Below, one piece after another: positions 9,789-18,617 of a stretch of DNA of 64,000 nucleotides. The DNA is from an uncultured Verrucomicrobiota bacterium (GTDB taxonomy: Bacteria; Verrucomicrobiota; Verrucomicrobiia; Limisphaerales; UBA8199): assembly GCA_964631605.1 (NCBI GenBank), contig CAZVYG010000007.1, positions 473 to 64,472 of the forward strand. Direction: 5' to 3'. Position 1 is the stretch's first letter, and the number at the start of each line of letters is the position of its first letter. The notes beneath the pieces were generated by a model. That model was not told the DNA's origin. It worked only from the letters and a program-made list of their open reading frames with translations, and did not search any database. Both the position numbers and the translations under genes were made by a program.

Positions 9789-10839
9789 ACCGGGCAATTA
9801 TTTCCTCAGCGCACTGCCTGGCCGCAGTATGACCGCCGGCGCACTCCCCGGGGACCGCTTTGTGAGATTTCTGACGGTGGTTGACCTGCCGCCAACGTGG
9901 AACCTGCACAACATCGGGGTGCCACCCATGCCGGCCTGGGCCCGTGCAGCGTCCTCGAAGCTTACTCTCGCCGCCGCGGGGTCTGCCATTGCTGGGAGCT
10001 ATGACCAATTTGGTTTCGTCGCCGCCGCAATCGAAGGCGACGCGCAAATCACCGCCTGCCTGCAGGGGCTCGAGAGTGCAGACTCGGACACGCAGGCCGG
10101 AATCATGTTTCGAGACGGGCTGAAACCGGGGGCCGCCAATGTTTTCCTTTATCTAACCCCCACGGCCGCCAACAGCGTCCATTTGCAGGCTCGGGGCGCG
10201 ATCAACGCCGTCACGACGAACGGGGCTGCTGGCAACCTGGTTATGCCGGGGTGGCTGCGGCTTGTCCGGTTCGGAGACTCCTTCTCAGCCTACGGCTCCG
10301 CTGATGGCCGCTCGTGGACGTTCCTGGGCTCGGCGGTTGTCCCGATGAGCCACCGTCTGGAGGCTGGCCTGGCGGTCGCCAGCCACAGCTCCAACGAGGT
10401 GGCGCGGGCGGAATTCCGCCAGGTGTTGATCGAACCGCTAACCAATTCCTACGCGCAATGGCAAGAGTGGCTGTTGACCCGTCGCGGGCAGACCAATGCG
10501 AACGCGCTGCTGCCCGAGGCTGACCCGGACGAGGACGGGCGGTTGAATCGCCTCGAATTCTATTTGGGCTCTGATCCCCTGACACCGGATGTTTCGCCCT
10601 CGGTCGCCTTGGCGGGGTTCGAAAACCCGGACAAAGTCAAATTGCGTTTCACCGAACGAAAGAACGCCGCTGACTTCGGCCGCGTGTTCCAGTACTCGAC
10701 AAACCTTGTTCATTGGTCGGTGGTCGTGCCTTCCGCGTCGGTTGAGCTCGACGACCGCGGCAGCGTCGTGATCCGCGAAGTGACGCTGCCGGCCCCCGCC
10801 GCCCAAGGCTTTTACACCAGCACCTATCCGACACCTTAA
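9688..10839 (+). CDS. beta-sandwich (LamG/concanavalin-like) segment, probably the frameshifted continuation of 7749..9788
   Basis: It has no signal peptide and no convincing start, and it overlaps the upstream ORF by 101 nt. Protein-like sequence switches frame near 9712-9722. GIMFRDGLKPGAANVFLYL and WLRLVRFGDSFSAYGSADGRSWTFLGS look like a jelly-roll domain. Confidence 0.5.
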   Translation: MPYSWRRLWVQFALNDIPTGPPDTTAPFTMPVPEPGNYFLSALPGRSMTAGALPGDRFVRFLTVVDLPPTWNLHNIGVPPMPAWARAASSKLTLAAAGSAIAGSYDQFGFVAAAIEGDAQITACLQGLESADSDTQAGIMFRDGLKPGAANVFLYLTPTAANSVHLQARGAINAVTTNGAAGNLVMPGWLRLVRFGDSFSAYGSADGRSWTFLGSAVVPMSHRLEAGLAVASHSSNEVARAEFRQVLIEPLTNSYAQWQEWLLTRRGQTNANALLPEADPDEDGRLNRLEFYLGSDPLTPDVSPSVALAGFENPDKVKLRFTERKNAADFGRVFQYSTNLVHWSVVVPSASVELDDRGSVVIREVTLPAPAAQGFYTSTYPTP

Positions 10840-10853
10840 ACTTCGACAATCTT

Positions 10854-12236
10854 ATGAGCACGTCCTTCCAACATCATTCACACACCCGCCGCGCATTCCT
10901 GCGCGCCTCAACCGTCGGCACAGTGGCCCTGGCCCAGGCCCCGCTGCTCTGGGGACAAGCCGAGCGGTTCAAGGGCGCCAACGAGCGGGTGCGCGTGGCC
11001 GTGATCGGCATCCATGGCATGGGCCAGAATCATGTCGCCGAATACAGCAAACTGCCGAACGTTGAAGTGGCGGCGCTTTGCGACGTGGACCAAAACCTGT
11101 TCGGCGAGGTGATCCGCAAGCGGCTCAAGGACAAAGCGACGCCCAAGACTTACACCGACTTGCGCCGCTTGTACGAGGATAAGAGCATTGACGCCGTGTC
11201 GGTCGTCACGCCGAATCATTGGCACGCGCTGGCCGCCATTTGGGCCATCCAGGCCGGGAAACATGTGTCGGTCGAGAAACCCTGCTGCCATAACTTCCAT
11301 GAGGGCCGAAAGCTGGTCGAGGCGGCCGCGAAATATCCGAAAATCGTGGTCCAGGATGGCGCGGAACAGCGGTCGAATCCCTGCGCGCAATCCATGGCGC
11401 AGTTCTTGCGCGAAGGCGGTTTGGGCGAGGTCTATATGGCCAAAGGCATTTGTTACAAGCGCCGGGACACCATCCTGCACACGCCGGACGAGCCGGTGCC
11501 GGCGGGAGTGGATTACGACCTGTGGCTCGGACCGGCTGCCAAACGGCCGTTCTCGCGAAACCGCTTTCACTACAACTGGCACTGGCATTGGGACTACGGA
11601 AACGGCGACATCGGCAACCAGGGCGTGCATGAAATGGACATCGCCCGATGGGGGCTGGGGGTAACGCTGCCCACGCGGGTTTGCGCCATGGGCGGCCATG
11701 TGATGTTTCAGGACGATCAGCAGACCCCCAATGTGCTGCTGGCCGTGTTCGAGTTTCCCAATCCTGCCGGTGGCGGCGACAAGAAGAAGCTCCTTCAGTT
11801 CGAGGTCCGGCACTGGTATGTCAACCGGGAGCTTGATCTTGCCCCGGAGAAAACAGCTAACTCCTACATGACCAGCGCCGCCAATGTCGTTGGCAACCTC
11901 TTCTTCGGCTCCAAAGGCTACCTGGCCAAAAATGTGAATGAGTGGCGGGCGTTCCTGGGCCCGAAACTTGAACCCGGCCCGACCGGGCAGGGCGAGGCAA
12001 ACCATTATCGCGATTTCATCGAAGCCATTCGCGCGGGCGATCCCGCCCGGGCCCATGGCGATATCCGCGAGGGCTTCTACACTTGCGCCTTGGTGCATCT
12101 GGCCAACATCTCCTATCGCCTGGGCCGTTCGCTCGAATTCGATCCGGAGAAGATGGAGTTCAGAAATGATGCGGCCGCCAACGCGATGCTTACCCGCGAC
12201 TACCGGGCGCCGTTCATCGTCCCCGATCGGGTTTAG
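10854..12236 (+). CDS. Gfo/Idh/MocA family oxidoreductase with twin-arginine signal
   Basis: TRRAFLRASTVGTVALA is a TAT-type signal. Rossmann VAVIGIHGMGQNHV and EKP motif (VSVEKPCCHN) are typical of the family. Confidence 0.85.
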   Translation: MSTSFQHHSHTRRAFLRASTVGTVALAQAPLLWGQAERFKGANERVRVAVIGIHGMGQNHVAEYSKLPNVEVAALCDVDQNLFGEVIRKRLKDKATPKTYTDLRRLYEDKSIDAVSVVTPNHWHALAAIWAIQAGKHVSVEKPCCHNFHEGRKLVEAAAKYPKIVVQDGAEQRSNPCAQSMAQFLREGGLGEVYMAKGICYKRRDTILHTPDEPVPAGVDYDLWLGPAAKRPFSRNRFHYNWHWHWDYGNGDIGNQGVHEMDIARWGLGVTLPTRVCAMGGHVMFQDDQQTPNVLLAVFEFPNPAGGGDKKKLLQFEVRHWYVNRELDLAPEKTANSYMTSAANVVGNLFFGSKGYLAKNVNEWRAFLGPKLEPGPTGQGEANHYRDFIEAIRAGDPARAHGDIREGFYTCALVHLANISYRLGRSLEFDPEKMEFRNDAAANAMLTRDYRAPFIVPDRV

Positions 12237-12368
12237 GCTTGGCCGCAGATTTGTGTTGCTCCTGAAGGCGGCCCGGGTCGCGCTATGCCGCGGCGTCTTC
12301 TCAAGCGCGCTTCCGGCGCCCTTGTGCGAAGTTTTGCATCGTCTGTCCTCACACGTTATACTGCGTCC

Positions 12369-15300
12369 ATGCGCCAGTGTTTTCGGCCTGACCAAGTGCC
12401 GCTTCGGCATCGGCTTGGACTCGGTGGCTGGTTGATTTTGATCTCGGTCAGTGCGGCTTTAGTCCGGGGTCAGACGCTTTCCGACCGTTTCGAGACCTAT
12501 TCGGAGGGCAGCGACGCCGGTCCCGCCTGGGAGCCGTTGTCCGAGGGCTGGTCGGTGGCCGGGGGGAGTTACCAGGGCGACGAAGGAAGCAGTGTCTGGC
12601 GGGCGGTGCCTTGGGCAGGTTCAGTCAGATTCGCCTGCGAGCTGACAGTGATCGAAGCGCTGCCGGGAAATTGGCTGACCGCGGGGATTGGATTGCAGAC
12701 GGACGAGCGCAATTTTTGGGCGCTCAACCTGGTTGCGGCGCCTGAAAGCCAGCAACGCCGGCATTTTACCGAGCTGCACGAAATGCTCGATGGCGTGTGG
12801 CAGGCGCAAGCACAGGCGGCAACGCGCCTTGAACCTTTGCCCGGCCAGGGCTGGGATTTCAACTGGCAGGCCGGCGAAACCTACCGGCTCGAGCTGGATC
12901 TGTCGGTTTCCAACATCGTCGGTCGTGTATGGCGTGGAAAGGAGGCGGTCTCCCGTCTCGGTTACCGCCTGGATGGTTCGGGGCCGGCGGTGCGCGTGGT
13001 ACGGCCAATGGTCCGCGTCCAGGGCCTGCGCACTCGCTTTGACAGTGCGACCGTTACAGTCCGCGCCCCCGCCCCGGAGCCGGTTCGGGAGCGAAAGCCC
13101 GTTCCTGCGTGGACCTCGCGCCCGGGAAAGCCGCTGGCCCAAGGCACCGGCTTTTTTCGCACGATTGAGGCCCAGGGGCGCTGGTGGTTGGTGGACCCCG
13201 AAGGGAAGCCCTTCTTTGACATCGGGACCGACCACATCAACTACCGTGGCCATTGGTGCGAGGCGTTGGGTTACGCGCCGTACAACCGGAACGTGACGGC
13301 GAAATATGGCAGCGAAGCCGCCTGGGCCGAGGTCACGCTCGACCGTCTCAAACGCTGGGGATTTAACACGTTGCCGGCGGGCCACAGCGTGTCGCTTCGG
13401 CACCGGGGCCTGGCACACATCGAATTTGCGAACTTCGGCGCAAGTTTTGCCCGGCGCGAATGGATCTGCCGGCCAATCCATTGGACCGGCTTCCCCGATG
13501 TCTTCAGCCCGCGCTGGGAAGGCCACTGCCGGATGGTTGCCCGACGGGTCGCGCGGGAGTCCAGAGGCGACCCGTGGTGCATCGGCACGTTCCTCGACAA
13601 CGAACTCGAGTGGTATGGCAAACGCGGGCATTTGGTGGACGAGGTTTTCGAACTCTCCCCCCGGCAGCCGGCCAAGAGGGCTTTCTATGAGTGGCTGATC
13701 CAGCATTTCGGCGGCTTGGAAAACCTGAATGAGCAACTCGGAACCGCCTATTCCAACGAGGGGGCTTTCCTCGGCGCGACCCACGTCCCCCAAGCCAGCC
13801 CCGCGCTCGAGCGGGTGCGCGAGGGTTTTCTGTCGCTGATTGCCGAGCGCTATTTCGGCTTGGCAGCCACAGCGCTGCGGGAGGCGGACCCGGATCACCT
13901 CGTCCTGGGATGCCGTTTCGCCGGCCAAGCCCCGGCAGCCGCGCTCTCCGCGGCAGGAAAATACAATGACGTGTTTACCATCAACAGCTACCCACGAGTG
14001 GATTTCGAAAACATCTGGCTGCCGGACGGAACCGGCGGAGTGGTCGAGCGAGTGCCGCGACAGCTTGCCGAATACCATGCCGTGGTCCGCAAGCCGATGA
14101 TTTTGACCGAGTGGAGTTTTCCGGCGCTCGACAGCGGGTTGCCTTGCAAGCACGGCGCCGGCATGCGGGTGGATACTCAGCAGCAAAAGGCCGCCTGCTA
14201 CCGCATCTTCGCCAATGCAATGGCCGACCTGCCGTTCCTGGTCGGTTACCATTATTTCATGTGGGTGGACGAACCCGCGCTGGGAATCAGTTCAACCTTT
14301 CCGGAAGACAGCAACTATGGCCTGGTCAATGAGCAGGACGAGCCTTATGAAGTCTTCACGCGGGTGGTAGCGGAGGTGAACCAGCAGGCGGCGGCTCGAC
14401 ATGAGCGCAGCAGTTTGTCGGGACTGCTCGGACTCGCTGCCGCGCCGGGTCAAGTCGAGGTGCTCAACACGAACGCGCTGACGTCGCACGGCCATTTGCG
14501 GCTGACGATTCAGGGCCGCAGCCGGATTGAGAGTTTGCGGCTCCAGCCGCGGGAGTGCCGGCGATTCGACCTGCCCACCGATCAGGTTTGGTGCGCGGAG
14601 TTGTTGAACTGGGACGGCACCAGACAACGCGTGGTGGGAGGTCCGTTTCCCTCAGGTGGCCTCGCGCTCGTGAACGTTTCCAGCCAGGTCCTGGAGCGCC
14701 TGCCGGTCGTGGTCGAAGACCGGGGATGGGCGGCGGTCTTGGTTTCAAAACTCGCGCCTGGCGAAAGCCGCCAGGTACAGGCCCTGCCGCTGGACCTTCA
14801 AAAGCGGCAAACGGCCGAACTCAAGGGCGTCGGGACGACCTGGCTGTGCACAGGCAAGACCGGCGCGTTGTTTGATCGAATTGAATCCGAGGGCCTGCCA
14901 TTGGGCCGGCTGGTCTTCGCGGTTCATCAGCGGTTTGAGGGACGCGATCATTGGGTTGAAACCACGCGCCTGGTGGAGTTGGAAACTCAGGAACACCCGG
15001 ACGCCTGGGTGCTTGAAGCGGTCGTCGAGAATCCCGGCGCCAGTCATGGCCCGGCGGGATACCGCGCTCGAGTTCGCGCGGTGGTGTTCAAGCAACCGAG
15101 CCTGACGTTTGTGCGGCCGCTCTGGGTGGAAAGCCGGGATGAACAGCCATGGGATTTGGTTGAGGCGTATTGGTTTTGTCGCCCGGCCATTGGCGGGTCG
15201 GCGGACGACGACGTTGTCGGCGGTCCGGGCGTCCCCCAGTATTATCGCCGCGCCCAGTTTCTTACCGACCGGAACCTGGGCGGGTGCTTCGGCTCGTTGC

Positions 15301-15518
15301 AGCAGCCAGGCGGATGGGAAGTGACGTTTTGGACCGATCCGCAGGGAGGCATTCATCCGGACAGCCGGCTGGCGGCCAACCTGGCAATGAACCGGGGAAA
15401 ACGTTGGGACGCCGGCTCCGCGCCTTATCTCTGGGTCTATGCCTCACGGCAAACGGAGGCGTGGAAGGAATTCTCCAGACTCAGCCAGCAGGCGGAACAT
15501 GCTCTCATGCGGCGGTAG
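12369..15518 (+). CDS. large secreted glycoside hydrolase, clan GH-A TIM barrel (GH42/GH50-like) with flanking beta-sandwich domains
   Basis: The ATG at 12369 (MRQCF..GWLILISVSAALVRGQ) gives a signal-like N-terminus; an alternative start is at 12285. The candidate acid/base is FLDNELEW and the candidate nucleophile is MILTEWSF. GYHYFMWVDEP..EDSNYGLVNEQDEPY is as in agarase or beta-galactosidase-like families. The family assignment is tentative. Confidence 0.6.
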   Translation: MRQCFRPDQVPLRHRLGLGGWLILISVSAALVRGQTLSDRFETYSEGSDAGPAWEPLSEGWSVAGGSYQGDEGSSVWRAVPWAGSVRFACELTVIEALPGNWLTAGIGLQTDERNFWALNLVAAPESQQRRHFTELHEMLDGVWQAQAQAATRLEPLPGQGWDFNWQAGETYRLELDLSVSNIVGRVWRGKEAVSRLGYRLDGSGPAVRVVRPMVRVQGLRTRFDSATVTVRAPAPEPVRERKPVPAWTSRPGKPLAQGTGFFRTIEAQGRWWLVDPEGKPFFDIGTDHINYRGHWCEALGYAPYNRNVTAKYGSEAAWAEVTLDRLKRWGFNTLPAGHSVSLRHRGLAHIEFANFGASFARREWICRPIHWTGFPDVFSPRWEGHCRMVARRVARESRGDPWCIGTFLDNELEWYGKRGHLVDEVFELSPRQPAKRAFYEWLIQHFGGLENLNEQLGTAYSNEGAFLGATHVPQASPALERVREGFLSLIAERYFGLAATALREADPDHLVLGCRFAGQAPAAALSAAGKYNDVFTINSYPRVDFENIWLPDGTGGVVERVPRQLAEYHAVVRKPMILTEWSFPALDSGLPCKHGAGMRVDTQQQKAACYRIFANAMADLPFLVGYHYFMWVDEPALGISSTFPEDSNYGLVNEQDEPYEVFTRVVAEVNQQAAARHERSSLSGLLGLAAAPGQVEVLNTNALTSHGHLRLTIQGRSRIESLRLQPRECRRFDLPTDQVWCAELLNWDGTRQRVVGGPFPSGGLALVNVSSQVLERLPVVVEDRGWAAVLVSKLAPGESRQVQALPLDLQKRQTAELKGVGTTWLCTGKTGALFDRIESEGLPLGRLVFAVHQRFEGRDHWVETTRLVELETQEHPDAWVLEAVVENPGASHGPAGYRARVRAVVFKQPSLTFVRPLWVESRDEQPWDLVEAYWFCRPAIGGSADDDVVGGPGVPQYYRRAQFLTDRNLGGCFGSLQQPGGWEVTFWTDPQGGIHPDSRLAANLAMNRGKRWDAGSAPYLWVYASRQTEAWKEFSRLSQQAEHALMRR

Positions 15519-15643
15519 TGCCCGTACGCTCTGCCTCGTGGTGATTTTCCCGGCAATTTTTTCCTTGGCAACACCGAGGCGCGGTCCTAAAAAGGGGCGG
15601 TTCATTGAAAACGGGTGAACAACACGTTCGCCCCGTAACACAG

Positions 15644-15818
15644 CCTGGCGTCTGGGAACCCCGTGAGATTCGGGGACGGTTGCGCCACTGTAACGGGTTA
15701 CAAGCTCCCACGCTCGGGACCGGAGACAAACACTCCGGCGCCGGGCACGAGCCACTGGTCGCAGGGACCGGGAAGGCGGGGGCAAGGTTTCAAGCCCGAA
15801 GTCAGGATATCGGCCAGG
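15644..15818 (+). promoter_or_regulatory. cobalamin (B12) riboswitch aptamer
   Basis: Core elements read directly: GGGAA 15654-15658; hairpin CCCCG/TGAGATT/CGGGG 15659-15675; GCCACTG 15684-15690; variable hairpin CCGGAG..CTCCGG 15720-15738; GCCACTGG 15751-15758; CCGGGAAGGC 15768-15777; B12-box-like AGTCAGGATATCGGCC 15800-15815. P1 is CCTGGC 15644-15649 paired with GCCAGG 15813-15818. Confidence 0.85.
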
Positions 15819-15973
15819 TTGTGCTCGTCATGGCGGTCAGTTTGGAGTTCATGCCGGGCCTTCGCTGCACAGCGGAGGCGGCAGAGGCCTGAATCCGAAC
15901 CGGCCCCCAACTTCTCCGGCAAAGAGAAGGATGAGGCCAGCCTGTTGCGCGGGCGCGCGGCAGGGTTCGTTGG

Positions 15974-16019
15974 ATGCCTTCATTCTCCGATTTGCGGCGG
16001 CTGAAGGCATTTTTGCTTT
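15974..16019 (+). terminator. intrinsic-terminator-like hairpin in the riboswitch leader (possible expression platform)
   Basis: ATGCCTTCA (15974-15982) pairs with TGAAGGCAT (16002-16010) and is followed by TTTTGCTTT. It lies between the aptamer and the ATG at 16094. The loop is long (19 nt), so this is moderate evidence only. Confidence 0.5.
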
Positions 16020-16093
16020 CCGGTCGTCGCACTGGTCTCTCAATCGTAAATCCGCCGCGGGTGAAACTTCGCGGCTTAATTGAAAGATCAGTC

Positions 16094-17092
16094 ATGCAAG
16101 TACGTTTGTTTGAAAGGCTGGCTTTGGCCGGCCTCATGGGTGTTGTTGCGTTCGCGGCCACGGCCGCCGTCATTCAGGAGGATTTCAGTTCCGCCCCCGC
16201 CGACCGCGGTTGGCGCGTCCACGGTGATACCAACCTCTTCCACTGGAACTCAACCAACGGGAACCTGGAAGTCACCTGGGATTCCTCGCGCTCCAACAGT
16301 TACTTCTGTCTCCCGCTGCCCGATACCCTGACGGACGCTGACGATTTCAGCCTGTCGTTCGATTTGCGGCTCAGCAATGTTGTGGCCGGGATAAACCCAG
16401 CCAAACCCAACCCGTTCCAGCTTTCGCTGGGCTTCTGCAATCTCGCCCAGGCCACCGCCCCGGGTTTCGTCCGAGGGACGGGATTCGAATCGCCCAACCT
16501 GGTCGAGTTCAGCTATTTTCCGGATCCGGGTCCCCCCTGGCTCTGGGGGCCGTCCCTGACGGCTACGATGATAGACTGGACCGCGACCAACTGGTCGGTC
16601 GGCGGTTTCGCCCCGGTCGGCTTAAGCACCGAGACCGTCTATCGCGTGGCCTTGAATTACTCCGCCAGCAACCGCGTTTGGCGCACGACCCTTCTGCGCG
16701 ACGGACAACCCTGGCTGACGGTGGATGACGCGATGGCGGGCACGGCGTTTCTTGGGTTCCAGGTGGACCACGTTGGCGTGCTGAGTTACAGCGACGAAGG
16801 CCAGGACCCCTATTACTCGGGCTCCATCCTGGCTCACGGCACGGTGGACAACGTCGTGATTACCGCACCGTCCGCCGTGAGCCAATGTGCCGGCCACCTC
16901 ACCGGCGGACAATGGGAGACGGCTTTTCGGAGCCGCAGCCACTGGCTCTATCAGCTCGAGCGCTCCGTGAGTTTCCAATCCTGGAGCCCGGTCGGTGACG
17001 CTGCGCCCGGAAGCGGAGGGACGCTCGTTTTGCGGGACCCCAGCCCGCCTGCGGGCGCGGCCTTCTACCGGGTAAAGGCGTGGAAGCCCTGA
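16094..17092 (+). CDS. secreted beta-sandwich protein of unknown family (first gene downstream of the B12 riboswitch)
   Basis: The track ORF starts at 15974, inside the terminator hairpin. The ATG at 16094 gives the signal peptide [27 protein letters not shown] recognise no catalytic motifs. The C-terminus ends [11 protein letters not shown]. Confidence 0.65.
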   Translation: MQVRLFERLALAGLMGVVAFAATAAVIQEDFSSAPADRGWRVHGDTNLFHWNSTNGNLEVTWDSSRSNSYFCLPLPDTLTDADDFSLSFDLRLSNVVAGINPAKPNPFQLSLGFCNLAQATAPGFVRGTGFESPNLVEFSYFPDPGPPWLWGPSLTATMIDWTATNWSVGGFAPVGLSTETVYRVALNYSASNRVWRTTLLRDGQPWLTVDDAMAGTAFLGFQVDHVGVLSYSDEGQDPYYSGSILAHGTVDNVVITAPSAVSQCAGHLTGGQWETAFRSRSHWLYQLERSVSFQSWSPVGDAAPGSGGTLVLRDPSPPAGAAFYRVKAWKP

Positions 17093-17099
17093 GGCTGAA

Positions 17100-17855
17100 A
17101 TGGCTGCGGCGAAAGCACCGCTGAGGCTGCCGAAAGCGTTCACGCTTGTGGAGCTGCTGGTGGTCCTGGCGATCATCGCCATTCTCGCCGCCCTGCTTCT
17201 GCCCGCGCTGGGCCGCAGCCGGGAGTCGGCCCGGCGCCTCAAGTGCGTCAGCAACCTGCACCAACTGGGCCTGGCCATCCAAATGTACTGGGACGATAAC
17301 CACGGCGAATGCTTTCGCTACGGCGGCGCCTACACCAACGGCGGACAGCTTTATTGGTTCGGTTGGATGGGGCCCGGGCCGGAAGGCCAGCGCGTGTTTG
17401 ATGCCGGACAGGGAGTCCTGTTTTCGTACCTTCAGGGCAGGGGAGTCGAGCTCTGTCCGGCGTTCAACTATGGATCGGCACAAGTCAAACTCAAGGCGGC
17501 CGGGGGGTCTTACGGCTATGGTTACAACTTGGCGTTGGCGGGCGCCCCCGCGTCTCCGCCTGTAAAAGTCAGCCGGCTGCCTGATCCCGCAGGCACCGCC
17601 TTGCTGGCGGATGCCGCCCAGGTGAACACATGGCAGGCGCCCGCCTCCCGCAGCAACCCCATGCTCGAGGAGTGGTATTACATTGACAACAACACCAACC
17701 AGCCCAACACCCACTTCCGGCACGGGGGACGGGCCAACGTCCTGTTCACCGACGGCCACACCGGCCCCGAGAAGTTCGTTCCCGGCTCGATTGATCCCCG
17801 CCTCCCAAGCCAGTTGGTCGGCCGGCTGCGGCCCGATATTCTGGACCTCGAGTAG
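17100..17855 (+). CDS. prepilin-type N-terminal cleavage/methylation protein, DUF1559 (H-X9-DG) family
   Basis: [46 protein letters not shown] is a type IV pilin-like N-terminus. C-terminal [13 protein letters not shown] matches H-X9-DG. It starts 7 nt after the previous stop. Confidence 0.85.
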   Translation: MAAAKAPLRLPKAFTLVELLVVLAIIAILAALLLPALGRSRESARRLKCVSNLHQLGLAIQMYWDDNHGECFRYGGAYTNGGQLYWFGWMGPGPEGQRVFDAGQGVLFSYLQGRGVELCPAFNYGSAQVKLKAAGGSYGYGYNLALAGAPASPPVKVSRLPDPAGTALLADAAQVNTWQAPASRSNPMLEEWYYIDNNTNQPNTHFRHGGRANVLFTDGHTGPEKFVPGSIDPRLPSQLVGRLRPDILDLE

Positions 17856-17866
17856 GGCCGGACGGA

Positions 17867-18472
17867 TCAGAGTTCCTTGAGCCGGATGTTGCGGAACTCG
17901 ACTTTCATCTTCAGCCCGCCGTGAATCTGGAGGCCGATCGGCGCCGCTCCGGAGAATTTGGGATCGGTATAAGTCGAAATTTTTTGGCCGTTGAGCCAGA
18001 CGGTGAAAGTATCCCCTTTGGCCTCAAGGCGGAAGCGGTTCCAGTCTCCCGGTTTGAAATACTTCTCGAACTCTTTGGCCTGTCCCGCCTCGGGGTAGCG
18101 TTCCTTGCCGCCGGTATAAAAGGATCCGGTCAAGTCCCGTTTCAGGCTCCGCGAGACGCCGAACTGCACTTGCAGCTCGGGCTGGCGAAAAAGATAGCCG
18201 CTATCAATTTCCCCAGACCACCGCACCTCACTCTCGAGGATGAAATCCTTGTAGGATTTTACCGTTCTAAGCACGTGGCCGGTGAGCTTTTCGTCGTTTT
18301 CCCCGACCAGAACGCCATCCACCACCTTCCAGAAAGGATTCGGGTCGGGAACCTGCCAGCCAGTCAGGTCTTTGCCGTTGAAGATCGGCTCCAAGTCAGC
18401 CGCCCGGGCGGCTGGAGCGGAACCTAACAGTGCGCAGAGGACAAGGGCCATGAGGTAAGTTTGTGCTTTCAT
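17867..18472 (-). CDS. DUF1080 (3-keto-disaccharide hydrolase-like) domain protein, secreted
   Basis: Signal peptide MKAQTYLMALVLCALLGSAPAARA. FNGKDLTGWQV, WKVVDGVLVGE, GLQIHGG and VEFRNIRLKEL are classic DUF1080 motifs. Confidence 0.85.
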   Translation of the reverse strand: MKAQTYLMALVLCALLGSAPAARAADLEPIFNGKDLTGWQVPDPNPFWKVVDGVLVGENDEKLTGHVLRTVKSYKDFILESEVRWSGEIDSGYLFRQPELQVQFGVSRSLKRDLTGSFYTGGKERYPEAGQAKEFEKYFKPGDWNRFRLEAKGDTFTVWLNGQKISTYTDPKFSGAAPIGLQIHGGLKMKVEFRNIRLKEL

Positions 18473-18617
18473 CGTTTGTTGTTTTGTCAGTGGTTAAAAC
18501 GTAAATCAGGCGACGCGGCCGGCAATCCAAAAATTCAGGGCTCAATTTGTTTTTGCGAGGAACATGGGCGAGAAACGATTCTCAGGGAGCCTGGGGCGTG
18601 GCCGGCGGCACTCAAAA

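Noticed and set aside
10908-12410. 500-aa ORF on the minus strand
   Set aside because: It lies entirely antisense to the well-supported TAT-signal Gfo/Idh/MocA gene (10854..12236). It has no motifs and an Arg/Gly/Pro-rich composition.
12621-14252. 543-aa ORF on the minus strand
   Set aside because: It is antisense to the glycoside-hydrolase gene, which carries the NELEW and TEWSF catalytic-type motifs. A shadow ORF.
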